64,000 nt of DNA from Microthyrium microscopicum (lineage: Eukaryota), in the NCBI GenBank assembly GCA_010405405.1, contig MU004231.1, forward strand, positions 1,929,784 through 1,993,783, read 5' to 3'. The notes beneath the pieces were generated by a model. It saw only the letters and a program-made list of their open reading frames with translations, was not told the origin of the DNA and did not search any database. A program made the position numbers and the translations under genes. Positions 53,184 through 64,000 of this stretch are shown piece after piece (positions within the stretch are counted from its first letter, which is position 1; each line of letters starts with the position of its first letter).

Positions 53184-55346
53184 ATGGCCCACCTTTCTGT
53201 TCAGAGTCAGACTGTTCTAGATGAGCATCTCTCCTTATCCCCAAGGACACCAGATTTAGGTCAATTCCCTTCGCCAGTCAATTACGGATCAGTCACACCC
53301 ACGTCAGAACATCATCCTTTTTCAGAAAGGAGTTCGACCCAATTCCAAAAATCCTTCGTGGAGAAGTTCCAGAATACGTCGGCAAACTTCACCTTCAACT
53401 CCAAAGGAGACGAACAATTATCACAAAGTTCGGCAAGCCATACCGTCGGAAGTCGACTTCAGCGAGAAATTGAGGATGGTTGGCTATGGGAAGCTCTCAG
53501 CTGGGTGATAAGTGCGGGCTGTATGCTAGCACTAACTGTTCTTCTGGGGCTTTATAACAACAAGCCTTTACCGGCAAGGTGGCCTTCTGGCATCAGCCTG
53601 AACGCCGCTATATCTGTACTTTCTAGTATCGGAAAATATGCTCTCTCAGTCCCACTGGAGAACTCGCTTGGCCAGCTGAAGTGGATCTGGTTTCGAAGCA
53701 AAAAGACAAAAAAATTGATCGATCTAGAAAGATTTGACGAAGCAAGTAGAGGACCATGGGGTGCTTTTCTTCTACTGTGGCACATCAAAGGAAAGTAAGT
53801 GTTGAGCGATTCAACGATCCTTATACTTGTTGCTAAAACGAGGAACAGAAAACTTGCCTCGTTCGCCGCCGTAATAACCATCTTATCTCTGGCAATGGAT
53901 CCCTTTTTCCAACAAATTGTTGCATATCCGCAAAGGCCAGGCGAATTCGGTAAAAGCACGATTACGAGAGCCGTAAAGTTCTTCACTCACGAAAACCTCG
54001 AGTACGCCAATGGAGGAAACTATAGTATTTCAGATGAGAGTATGTGGAGTGCTATGGAAAGCGCATACTTCGGTGACGGTAAAGAGTCAAAAATTGACGC
54101 ATTCTGCCCTACATCAAACTGCCAATGGCCAGAATTCCAGACTTTGGGAGTTTGCAGCAAATGCCATGACGCCTCCGAGCTGCTTCAATTTGGATGCATG
54201 CCAGAACGAGGGGAGTGGTTGACCCAGAGAAGCACAGCAATGCTGGGAATCAATCAAACAATCAGTACTGCACCAGTCCTATCTTGCGGATGGTTCTTCA
54301 ATGCCAGCTCTGAAGATCGTATGCTGATGAGTGGATATGTCTTGGATAATACCACATCGCCCCCAAGTCCTGGAGAGGCTCTTTTCATACGCTCTTTAGC
54401 TACTGCTACACCTGCAGATGCTGACAACGTCACTTACTGGGATCGATCCTACTATTACAAGAATGAGTCAAATGCCTTGCCATTTTGGGACTTTCTGGTT
54501 GTGATGAACAAAAACGTATCTTCGGTGTATCTACATGAACGCCCAGAGGCTGCTGAATGTGTTCTGCAATGGTGCGTCAAAAACATCACTGCGTCGGTCA
54601 TCAACGGAGAGTACAAAGAGGAGATTGTCTCGACATTCATCAACGAGACTCAGGTTGGCTATCCAGCTCGCCACGAATCCAAATGGAGGCCGCCTGGAAC
54701 TTCATACATGCATGGTGTAGCAGATGTTATCATCGAGCCCCCAGGACAGGATGAGCAATTCTTCGTCCCAGACTATACGGTGTTCCAGACGGTCAACCCT
54801 TTCTACTGTTTTATTCCATCATATATGACAGTGGCAAATATCACAGCAAATCCACTTATGCGAGTTGATAACAAGAATACAGGTGGAATGGACAATTCCT
54901 ACATACTGAACTTCAATCTCACTGAATGGTCAAAACCAAGCAACATATCCGTCTGGTCGGACATAATGGCAACTGCAGTTACAAACACTATTCGAAGTTT
55001 TCCAAACAGTTCTGAGCCAGTTCCCGGTTTCGGAGGACTGGAGACTTATATTCACATTCAGTGGGCTTGGATATCACTGCCGGTGATCATATTATTTGGC
55101 ACGGCTATGTTACTAATCTGTGTCATTATCACCGGACCAACAAAACAAGAAGGAGGAGTGTGGAAAACCTCTCCGCTTCCAATGTTACTTCATGGACCCA
55201 GTTCACAGCTGCGAGCAGATTTTGGAGATGCATGGAGTATGTACGATATGAGAAGGAAGGCCAGGCAGGTGGATGTCGTCCTCAGGGAAGAAGTAGATGG
55301 ATTAAGGTTTCATCCTGATAAGAATGGAAGTTATGCTGAGAAATGA
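53184..55346 (+). CDS. DUF3176 membrane protein copy 3 (most divergent), ~702 aa
   Basis: LGQLKWIWF, DEASRGPWG, CPTSNCQWPEFQTLGVCSKC, ECVLQWCVKN, WKTSPLPML. Phase-2 intron 53795-53848. Confidence 0.85.
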
Positions 55347-56628
55347 ACGGGTTGTGTACTAACCAAGATAACAAGATCTGTACATAGGTAGTTCATTATT
55401 CTTTCTGTTCGCTTGATGTGCACATGATGAAGCAGGTCTACATTACAATATCCAAGATGAAGCGACTTCTGGAGTTTTTCATCAACGGTCATTCGCTTCA
55501 AGATTTTGGTCAGCTGCAAGCGAAGTGGAAGTCGTAGGGATTGGCCAGCACTTAGAACTGACTGCAAGCATAATGCAAGTTCTTGTGATCAGTGGCCAAC
55601 TGGATCAAAAGGCGATGTTCCTGCATTGCAGGCTGCAGTATTTCTGCCATGCGATGTGTGAGAATATTATGAGTAGAGTGCAGGCTCCTCACTGCCAGCC
55701 TCTGAAGTTAGAAAGGACGGTTTGGTGCAAAGTCCTTACAATTGAGCTCAACGATGGCGAAAAAGGGTAGGTGTTTACCAGCATAACAGGTAGCATCGAC
55801 TTCTCCAAGTGAGGTGGGCCGAAAGCTTGAGCCAATGGCAAACATCGCGTTATCCGCCGAGTGAAGGTTCCAAAAATTCCTCAAACACTTCCCTCTCTCT
55901 GGGCGTAAAAAGGCCGCTGAAGGGGCCGCTGGAAATCATGCGAAGGCGGGGTTTCTTAAGGAAAAAGAAGCAGACAAGCAGGTTTTTAACCAGGCGGATA
56001 AAAATATCTCAAGGGCGACCGTCGAATCCGGGGGTTGGGCTGTGCGAGAAGAGCTGCCAGTACTGGGAACCTATCAAAGCGCGTTGGCCGGCGCGTACGT
56101 GCATATGCAAAGCCACTCTGTTTGCCGTGATTGGCGATGTCTCGTTTAAGCTCATCGAATAACAAAGTCTGCGTCTAGAAATCCAAGTTGATTTGCTCTT
56201 ACAGCTCCAACTCTACCGAGAAGCAGGACTCATGATCCAAGAAGTGTCCGAGCAGACTGCCCGCGATGTACATATTTTACCGCTTCGAATGCAACTCCGC
56301 CCCACGCGATGCCTGTTACGGATGTCAGATAGGCCGCGGATGTTGACCACCTGCAACATTGAACCTACAGAGACTATCCTCGCCGCAGGATCCTAAATGC
56401 AACCAATTTGCAAGATGCGGGCTGGACCTCATAGGCATATCTAACTGCATGTCTACCCCTCCCACCCTGTTGTTGGTGTTGTACTCGGGTCCACACTTGC
56501 AATCGTGATCTTCAGTAACCTGTTGTAGCACCAAATTAGCTTCAAGAGGTCGATATTCATCTGTTTTGTTCTTTGCCATACCCATCTCTATCACTGATCC
56601 ACATCACCCTGAGTGGTGTTGCTCTACC

Positions 56629-59330
56629 ATGGTCGATTCTCAATCAAGCAACATTAAACAGTTTATTCGAAGTGGAAAGTTCTCAAAACGTCTCAACCTG
56701 AACCGACCAAGAGCACCAGAGCCATCCCTTTCCACCATTCACTCCGCGGGGTCAGACGAAGAAGATGGCAATTCCACTGACATTGAGGATTTTCCGGAGG
56801 AGAAGAATGGAGTAGTGAAGGCGGTAGCAAGGGAGGACAATGCAGCCGATGGCTCTGAGTCTACGAACAATCCACAAGGTGGAAGGTTAGTCACTGGTCA
56901 AAGACCACTTCTATCTGGTGTTCTTTCCAATATCGCCAACCTCGCCAACCGGAGGTCAAATACCAGTCGGACCTCTACAGCAAGCCGGTCAAGTCGGACA
57001 TCAATGTCCACACGTTCTTCAATTGCTTCTTCTACTGGCGGGCTGCCAACCATAACAGAAATCCCTCCTCTGCCCGGGCTTGTTTCCGATCACGGTTCAT
57101 TGCCGCCAACATCAGAACCACCCTCAACTCCGCCTTTAGAAGACCACATTATGCCGGTAATACCTCCCCATCCAGGTTTCACCCCAGTCCAGCAATGCGA
57201 TAACAGCGACACTCATTCCCAAGGTTCAACACTTGTGGGATCTCCACCTCGTCACAACGGAAACTCTCAGATACCTCCATATTCTATTTCTGATGTATTT
57301 GCAAACTCACCACCTCCTCCTATGCCCTCATGGCCATTGCCATCAGATACAATGAGCGAAAAGAGTGGCAAGAGCTCTCTACCTTTAACAGCTTCGCCTC
57401 ACTCTTCGCACTCCTTTGCCTCAACTCCAGCCTATAGCCCACCCTCATATTGTCAGCCTTTTGGGGATAGTAATGCCCCTGGCTCAAGATTCTCATGGCA
57501 TGTTACACCAGTCGATCGGGCTCGAAACTGGTTTACTATTTGGTTCGTAGAATGGTGGGCCTTTGAAATCATTAGCTGGCTGTTTAGTGCAGTTTGCATG
57601 GCGATTATCTTGGGCGTTTTGTTCCGTTATAACAACAAAGAAATACCCCATTGGAGAATCGGCTTTACTCTTAATGCTTTCATTTCAATACTCTCGGGGT
57701 TCGCCAAATCTGCTCTTCTTCTTCCGACGGCAGAAGCGCTCGGACAACTCAAATGGAATTGGTTTACCAAGAAATCTAAAGCCATGCTAGATTTCGAAGT
57801 CCTTGACAGTGCTAGTCGCGGACCTTGGGGCTCTATGGTGTTGCTCGCACGAACTAAGGGAGTGTAAGTCTGACATGGTTGACAACCTACCGCCGATATG
57901 CTAATGTACTTTACAGAACCCTTGCCTCAGTTGGTGCAGCCATTATCCTGCTCTCATTACCGCTTGATCTATTCTTCCAACAGATTGTCCAGTATCCCAA
58001 CGTAATGGTCGCACTGGGAAATTCAACTCTCACAAGATCGGTGTATTATGACCCTATTCCAGAAACAGTCTTGCAAAGCGGCTCTACGATCACGAACCCG
58101 AACGCGCAAATGGTCGCCAACCTGTGGGAGATGATAACTGCCAAGCAGCCTTTGCTCACGTCGCCTAACTTCACTTGCCCAACCAGCCAATGCAATTTTC
58201 AACCATTTGATACCCTTGCGATATGTAGCTCATGCACAGCGGTACCGGGCCTTCTTGAGTACGGCTGCAAGAATGCTACCAATGAGTGGATGGCTGACGC
58301 ATCTACTGACCCCGACGACTTTACTAATACAACTGCCTGCGGATGGTATCTCAATCCTCCAGGACAAACTCCCATCTTGATGAATGGATATGCCTACAAC
58401 GCTTCTACTCAAACGCCTGGAGAAATCCTTGTTTCAAGAATCGTGCCATTGAGAGACATTTGGACTCGAAAACCCGTCCTTCCCAATGCCACTATCAACT
58501 ATGGGGACATTATCAATCCGTTGGGCGATTTCATTATTGCGTCATCTCCGGATGCCAAGTCTGTTCTTTCAAACAAGCCTCCTGAAGTTATCGAATGTGC
58601 AATGTGGTTTTGCGCGCAAACACTCAGGTCTCAGATTAAAAATGGACAGCTCTCAGAGCAGATTCTGAAGACTCAAGTAGTACCTCCAACGAATACTGGT
58701 AATCCTTGGAAGACATCTGCTTGGTACGACAACTCTTTCAACCTTACTCTTCCAGACTCCCGCAGCTCAAGTGGCTCATCTGTGTATGGAACTGGGAATT
58801 GGACGGGCCGAACCACTTTGGACATAGTACAAGATTTCGCTCCTTCGACCTGGACCAGCCAATCCAGCCAGGATTCAACAATCGCAGGGAAATTCAATTG
58901 GAGATCAGGTACGCCAGACGTGAAAACGATTCCTTTGGAGACCAGTCCCTGGATCACGACTTCGAATGTTACCCATAGCGTGACAACAATGGCAGAAAGC
59001 ATGTCCGCTGTCTTGAGACGAACTTCACATGGCTACTCAAATCAATTTGAGTTTATCCAAGGAATAGCCTACGACGTCAGGACTCACGTTCAGATACGAT
59101 ATTTCTGGATCATCCTACCTGCATGTTTGCTACTCTTCAGTTTTGTTTTTTTAATGGCGACAGTCCTCAAGAGCTCGAAAGATGATAAGAAGATTGGCGT
59201 TTGGAAGAATTCGGCACTCGCGGTTCTGTTCAATGGTCCATCTGATGACGTTCAAGACCGAATGGGCAGTCAGCTCAAGTTAGGCTCTGCAAGGGAGAAG
59301 GCACGGAATATTCGAGTGACGTTGGATTGA
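56629..59330 (+). CDS. DUF3176 membrane protein copy 4 with long Ser/Pro-rich N-terminus, ~882 aa
   Basis: LGQLKWNWF, DSASRGPWG, CPTSQCNFQPFDTLAICSSC, ECAMWFCAQT, WKNSALAVL. Phase-2 intron 57864-57916. Confidence 0.85.
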
Positions 59331-59880
59331 TAAACCAATGGCTGCTTGCTTTCATCCGAAATTATGTAATACCCATGAGACATGTTTATACGTTCAAATA
59401 TTATACTTCACCTTTCTTAATTACGGAGTACATCATGAGACCATATTGACCTAGGCGAGTCCTCGGTTTACGGAATGTCTTGCAACGTCGAGGTTCCGAT
59501 TATGGACTCAATTCTATTAACAATTAGTAGAAACACATTGACACACCTTGACCGCCGAGGAAATAGGTAACCGTCTGAAAGTCAGGAAAAAGGCCAGGCT
59601 TGCTTTTCTACCAATAAAATCTGCCAAGCGTACGGTCATCGAATACGGCAAGTCAATCTGCACCGGCACCAGCAGCAAATCACTACGGTCATGCTAAGAG
59701 AGGGCTGAGGTGTTCAAGATATCTCGACCTGGTACGCCAGGCCGAAATGTAGCATATAATTGAAGTAATGAGTTGCCTCGTTCCATTCCTAATTTGAGAC
59801 CAGTCCACTATGACAGAAGAAATTTTTGAGCTAAAAGATGTATCCCAACCAAAAGTATATACAGAAATTTGTTGACATGA

Positions 59881-59940
59881 AAGAATCGAAGAGTCGAAGA
59901 ATTGAAAAGTCGAAGAATTGAAAAGTCGAAGAGTTAAAGA
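59881..59940. repeat. 8/16-bp degenerate repeat (GTCGAAGA/ATTGAAAA) downstream of the repeat-peptide gene
   Basis: Directly visible. Confidence 0.7.
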
Positions 59941-60081
59941 TGTGTACAGTGAACGGAGGTTGGTCGAAAATGCTGGACTCGAGGAGCTCCTGGCTCTTAA
60001 GTCTGAATGTATAAGCTGCTGACACGATTAGCTCAATCAATGGTTGACAAGGCAGTATCATCTGAAAACTCACGATCGTCC

Positions 60082-60515
60082 TCAGTATCCGCTTTGCATG
60101 GCATCTTTACGCTTCTCCTTGTAGCCACTTTGCATGGCATCTTTACGCTTCTCCTTGTAGCCACTTTGCATGGCATCTTTGCGCTTCTCTTTGTAGCCAC
60201 TTTGCATGGCATCTTTGCGCTTCTCTTTGTAACCACTTTGCATAGCATCCTTGCGCTTCTCCTTATAGCCACTTTGCATGGCGTCTTTGCGCTTCTCTTT
60301 GTAGCCGCTTTGCATGGCATCTTTGCGCTTTTCCTTTACAAAGTGCTCTGTCTGCATATATGTCAGTATGCATGGTTCGTATGTCTGGACTTTCAACTTA
60401 CGCCTTCACTTCTGACAGCCATCGGAGCTATTGTACTGATCGAAGAGACAGGGGCGGCACTAGCTGTCCAGGCTAGAGCAGCGGACAATACCAGAAGAAG
60501 ATTGACTTGAACCAT
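60082..60515 (-). CDS. Kex2-processed repeat protein (KEP; RiPP- or pheromone-like precursor), 127 aa, 7x KR-KDAMQSGY(KE)
   Basis: Exon 1 60515-60402 encodes signal peptide MVQVNLLLVLSAALAWTASA|APV...SEG. 50-nt phase-0 intron 60401-60352 (GTAAGT...CTGAC...CAG). Exon 2 has seven 36-bp repeats. Confidence 0.9.
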
Positions 60516-62022
60516 AATGAATCTGACTTAAAAATGGAATGAATAGTTTGTGGAATACCAAGATAAATACTGAATGAAATGTACAAGGCTGAAGGCGGTT
60601 GATGTCAATTAGTTCAAGAACATGGAGTCCGAGGATCTTAAGTAGGTACAAGTAGCACGCTATGGCACATGGGACAAGGCCAGCTGCTTGGTGACAGGAC
60701 CACCGATAAGTCCACTAGATATCACATCCACAGCGGTTAGAGAGTTCACATACGAGGCAGTAATCAATCAATCGGAATGAAAATGAACAATGGCGTCATG
60801 CGGTACCAACGGCTAACCAGACTACCGCCTTGAAGTGTGATATCAAGAGTTGAATCGCAGCCAAGGTCCCAAGTTCATGACTACCTATTGCACAGATCAA
60901 GAAACGCAGCAGAAAATTACTTTGGACTCTAAAGATGTGTCTCAAGAGACGCCGTGATTGTCTTGTTCTGCATGAAGAACTCGAAATAATTGGTGCAATA
61001 CGAACGCGATTCGTGAATGATGGACTAGAATGTTGCCACAAGACCAGGCTCAAGGTGATATCGAGCCAGGCACAGCATGGCTTGCAGAGGATCGCACGTT
61101 GAATTCGTGGACTCTACAAATCAGGGCGTTCCATTGGCCTGACTGGCCTACAAAATTGCTCCATGTCAAAGAAAAGTGTACATTTCCACGCACCTTCCAA
61201 GGAGCTTTGGCCAGATATCAAGCATCGCGGAAGCCGGAAGGCCAATGCGTGCGCCCTGACCTGATGTTAGCCGAGGTGGCCGAATTGTGATTCGTTACCA
61301 GCCTTCAAAAAGTCGAGAAACTACGAAATTTGCTTAGAAAAAGATGGAGAGTGGTGATCAAATGGACAATGTGGCGGCAGGGAGGTTGTGAAGAAGCTGG
61401 AAGCATCACAGCCAAAGCGCAACAAGGCTGCATGTGTTCCCTAACCATCAACAAGTCGCAAGCTCCCATGGCCAGCCTCACAGCAGTCCGATTTGCGGTC
61501 TTGAAACTCTGACTGGTGGACAGATCCTGGAATCGGGTCATCATTGGCCATGTCATGAATGTCAAATCTTAGCGTCCTGCAGGCTAGACCTGTGCCTTGC
61601 CGCGACTTGGATGCGTTCGCATACAGGCTCTGAAAGTAGAGCCTCCCTGAACACGCGCACATGCAGTCTTTCATTGATTTCGTGATTGCCGATGTGCATC
61701 GTGAGTATGCATACGCGCTTACTCATCATCAGGTGAATGTCGTGAAAATGATCACAATCACATCCAGGATTCTTGGATGCGCTCGCCTTCCAGCCACGGA
61801 GACACTAGGGAAAGATGTGGATGAGCAAGCCATTTTTTACGCCGGAAGACGGCCACCAATTTCCACCAAGTGGGCCACGATGGCAGCTGGTAATCGGCCC
61901 GCGACGACGGGACATGCCTTCAGCCTACGGGAGCTCGAGTTGCAAAGGAGCTTTGACGAAGGCAAACGTCAACTTAGAGAGTGCTCGCCGATCAAAGCTC
62001 GAGGTCAGCCTTGCGTTCATCA

Positions 62023-64000
62023 CAGTGTTGGCACTCGAGTTAGTATAGTCGAGTACTAGTACTAGTACGGCTAGTATAGAATTATTTTAATACTTACTCA
62101 ACTAGACTAGTCCAATCAAGATCCAGGACTAGTACTAGTACTATACTAGTCTAGAAATATATAATAAATACTCTACTAGTACTCAAATACTAGTACTAGT
62201 ATTACTAGTATACTAGTACTAGTTTTATATATAGATTAGGGTTAATATTATAGGGTTATTTTTATATTATTTAATTCGGAATTTTACGTAGATTACAATG
62301 GTATTATTAGTTTTTTAATAGCTAGTCTTATTCTATAGTTATTATACTTTAAACATAAAGTTATTTAATTATATTATATTTTTAAAGGTTATTTAGTTAT
62401 ATAGTACTTAATATTATAAATTACTTAATAATATTTTAGATTTAGGGTTCTAGATTTATAATACATACGAAACTATAAAAATTAGACCTAAATATACTAA
62501 TAATTAGTTTAAATACTAATAATTAGAAGTTAAGAGTATAAAACAATTAAGAAAAAGAGATAAATCTTAAAAATTTATATAAATAACTTAATAGTAGTAG
62601 ATTTTAAGATAAATATATAAATTATTATATATTTAGATTCATTAAAGTATAAGGAAAACAGCCCTAGAGTTAGTTTTTTAATAAGTCGCTTATATACTAA
62701 TATATAGTAGTATTTAAGAGTTTTTAATAAATATATTAATAAAAGTTTAAGGTTTATATTTTAATACTAGATAAATAAGGAGTATTATAGGTTATTAAAG
62801 ATCTTATATATATATTAGTATTATATATATACTATAATCTAGATTTAAGATCTTATCTAAGCTTAATAAAGATAAAAAATAATAATAAAGATAATAATTA
62901 ATAATAATAATATTCTAAAAAGAAATTATATTTAAGACTTTAAACCTATATTATAGTAAAGACCTTAGTAGTAAGTATATATTAGTCTCAACTATATTAT
63001 ATAAATATACTAAAATAGCTATATAATCTTAAATCTAAGATTATATTTAAGATTTATAAAATAAGAATTTAAAATATATATCTTTTAAATAATTATTTTA
63101 TAACTTAAATATAAGTAGCTACATAGTAGTAATATATATAAATATATATACTAAAATATTCTAGATTTTACGATCTATCTAATGCTATAGGTCTCAAAGC
63201 TTATTCAAGTCTAGTTTTAATACTATTACTAATAATACTATTTTATTTTTAATAATTATAATTTACTTAATAAGCTAGAATAAGGGTTTTGCTATAGTAT
63301 ACCTAAAGTAAAAGGTATAACTATTATAATTATCTATATTTTAATTTATTTTATAGTATACTAACTACTAATACCTATATTTAAGTAATAAAATTCTATA
63401 TATTCTTAAAATCTTTATTTATTTATATTATATTTAATTCTTTTATTCTACTCTTTATAATATACTATTAACGTCTAATTTCTATATAAATTCTAATGCT
63501 ACTAACCTTATATCCTATAAACTACTATCTAACCCTTTATTCTAATTTAAATAGTCTACTTTCATTTAATACAAATACTTATTTTAAGTTAAAACAACAT
63601 TTTTTTATTTCTTTTATTTAAATACAATCCTAACTCTACTAACGCCTAAATAACAAATATAAACAATTTAACTCCTCTAATAATTACTTTCCTCCTCGCT
63701 ATCACTATCACTATCACTACTATCCTCTTCTAGTAAATATAATAAAGACTTTTATAGCTCTTTAATACTAGGCATTTGCCAGTTTTTTAACTAAATAATC
63801 CATTTAGAAGTTTCAGCTAAAAGCTTATTTCTATCATTAGAAATAATATTACCGCCAATACTAAATATACTTTCAGCACTAGCTAAAGTAACAGGTATTA
63901 TTAAGTATTTCTTAGCTAAGTAAAATAAAACAAGAAATTCTATTTGTTTTATATTCCAGTATTTTAAAAGAGATATTTTAGGATCAGTAACGTGTACTTC
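62023..64000 (-). mobile_element. hAT-superfamily DNA transposon, RIP-affected, continues beyond the window
   Basis: Starts CAGTGTTG (hAT-type YARNG terminus) at the GC-to-AT switch, has clustered ACTAGT/ACTCGAGT subterminal motifs, and contains a transposase C-terminus. Confidence 0.75.
63680..64000 (-). pseudogene. hAT transposase C-terminal dimerisation domain relic
   Basis: LLKYWNIKQIEFLVLFYLAKKYLIIPVTLASAESIFSIGGNIISNDRNKLLAETSKWII*LKNW followed by an acidic DSDSDSEE tail; internal stops. Confidence 0.85.

Noticed and set aside
55350..56600. Short ORFs between DUF3176 copies 3 and 4
   Set aside because: No signal peptide, repeats or domain signatures; probably promoter or UTR.
60007..60510. 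Hydrophobic repeat ORF (LHGIFALLFVAT)n on + and the MPCKVATKRSAK frame on -
   Set aside because: Shadow frames of the KEP repeats; only the KDAMQSGY frame has purely synonymous variation and a spliced signal peptide.
60700..62022. Short ORFs upstream of the KEP gene as tailoring enzymes such as DUF3328
   Set aside because: No HxxHC motifs or recognisable domain; treated as intergenic.

Overview
Eukaryotic window from a filamentous ascomycete with RIP (short GT-AG introns, AT-rich blocks rich in TpA and depleted of CpA/TpG). Positions 1-9.7 kb hold housekeeping genes NUP133 and PAN3. Positions 9710-39612 are a ~30 kb RIP-degraded DNA transposon whose ends I could delimit: TTATCTCAG...CTGAGATAA termini, ~100 bp imperfect TIRs and an 8-bp target-site duplication GGCTCAAG. 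It carries a RecQ-like helicase relic at the left end and a DUF6589/Academ-type transposase relic at the right end, both pointing inward. About 20 kb of degraded ORFs and tandem arrays lie between them, so it looks like a giant cargo-carrying AcademH-like element. Positions 39.9-60.5 kb hold a UBX2-like gene, a GNAT acetyltransferase, four paralogous DUF3176 membrane-protein genes (one with a CAG>TAG nonsense change), a HeLo-like/TPR-like/WD40 gene lacking a NACHT domain, and two small secreted Kex2-type peptide precursors, one with 7x KDAMQSGY. From 62023 to the window end is a RIP-affected hAT transposon. All domain calls are by eye from motifs; no searches were run.
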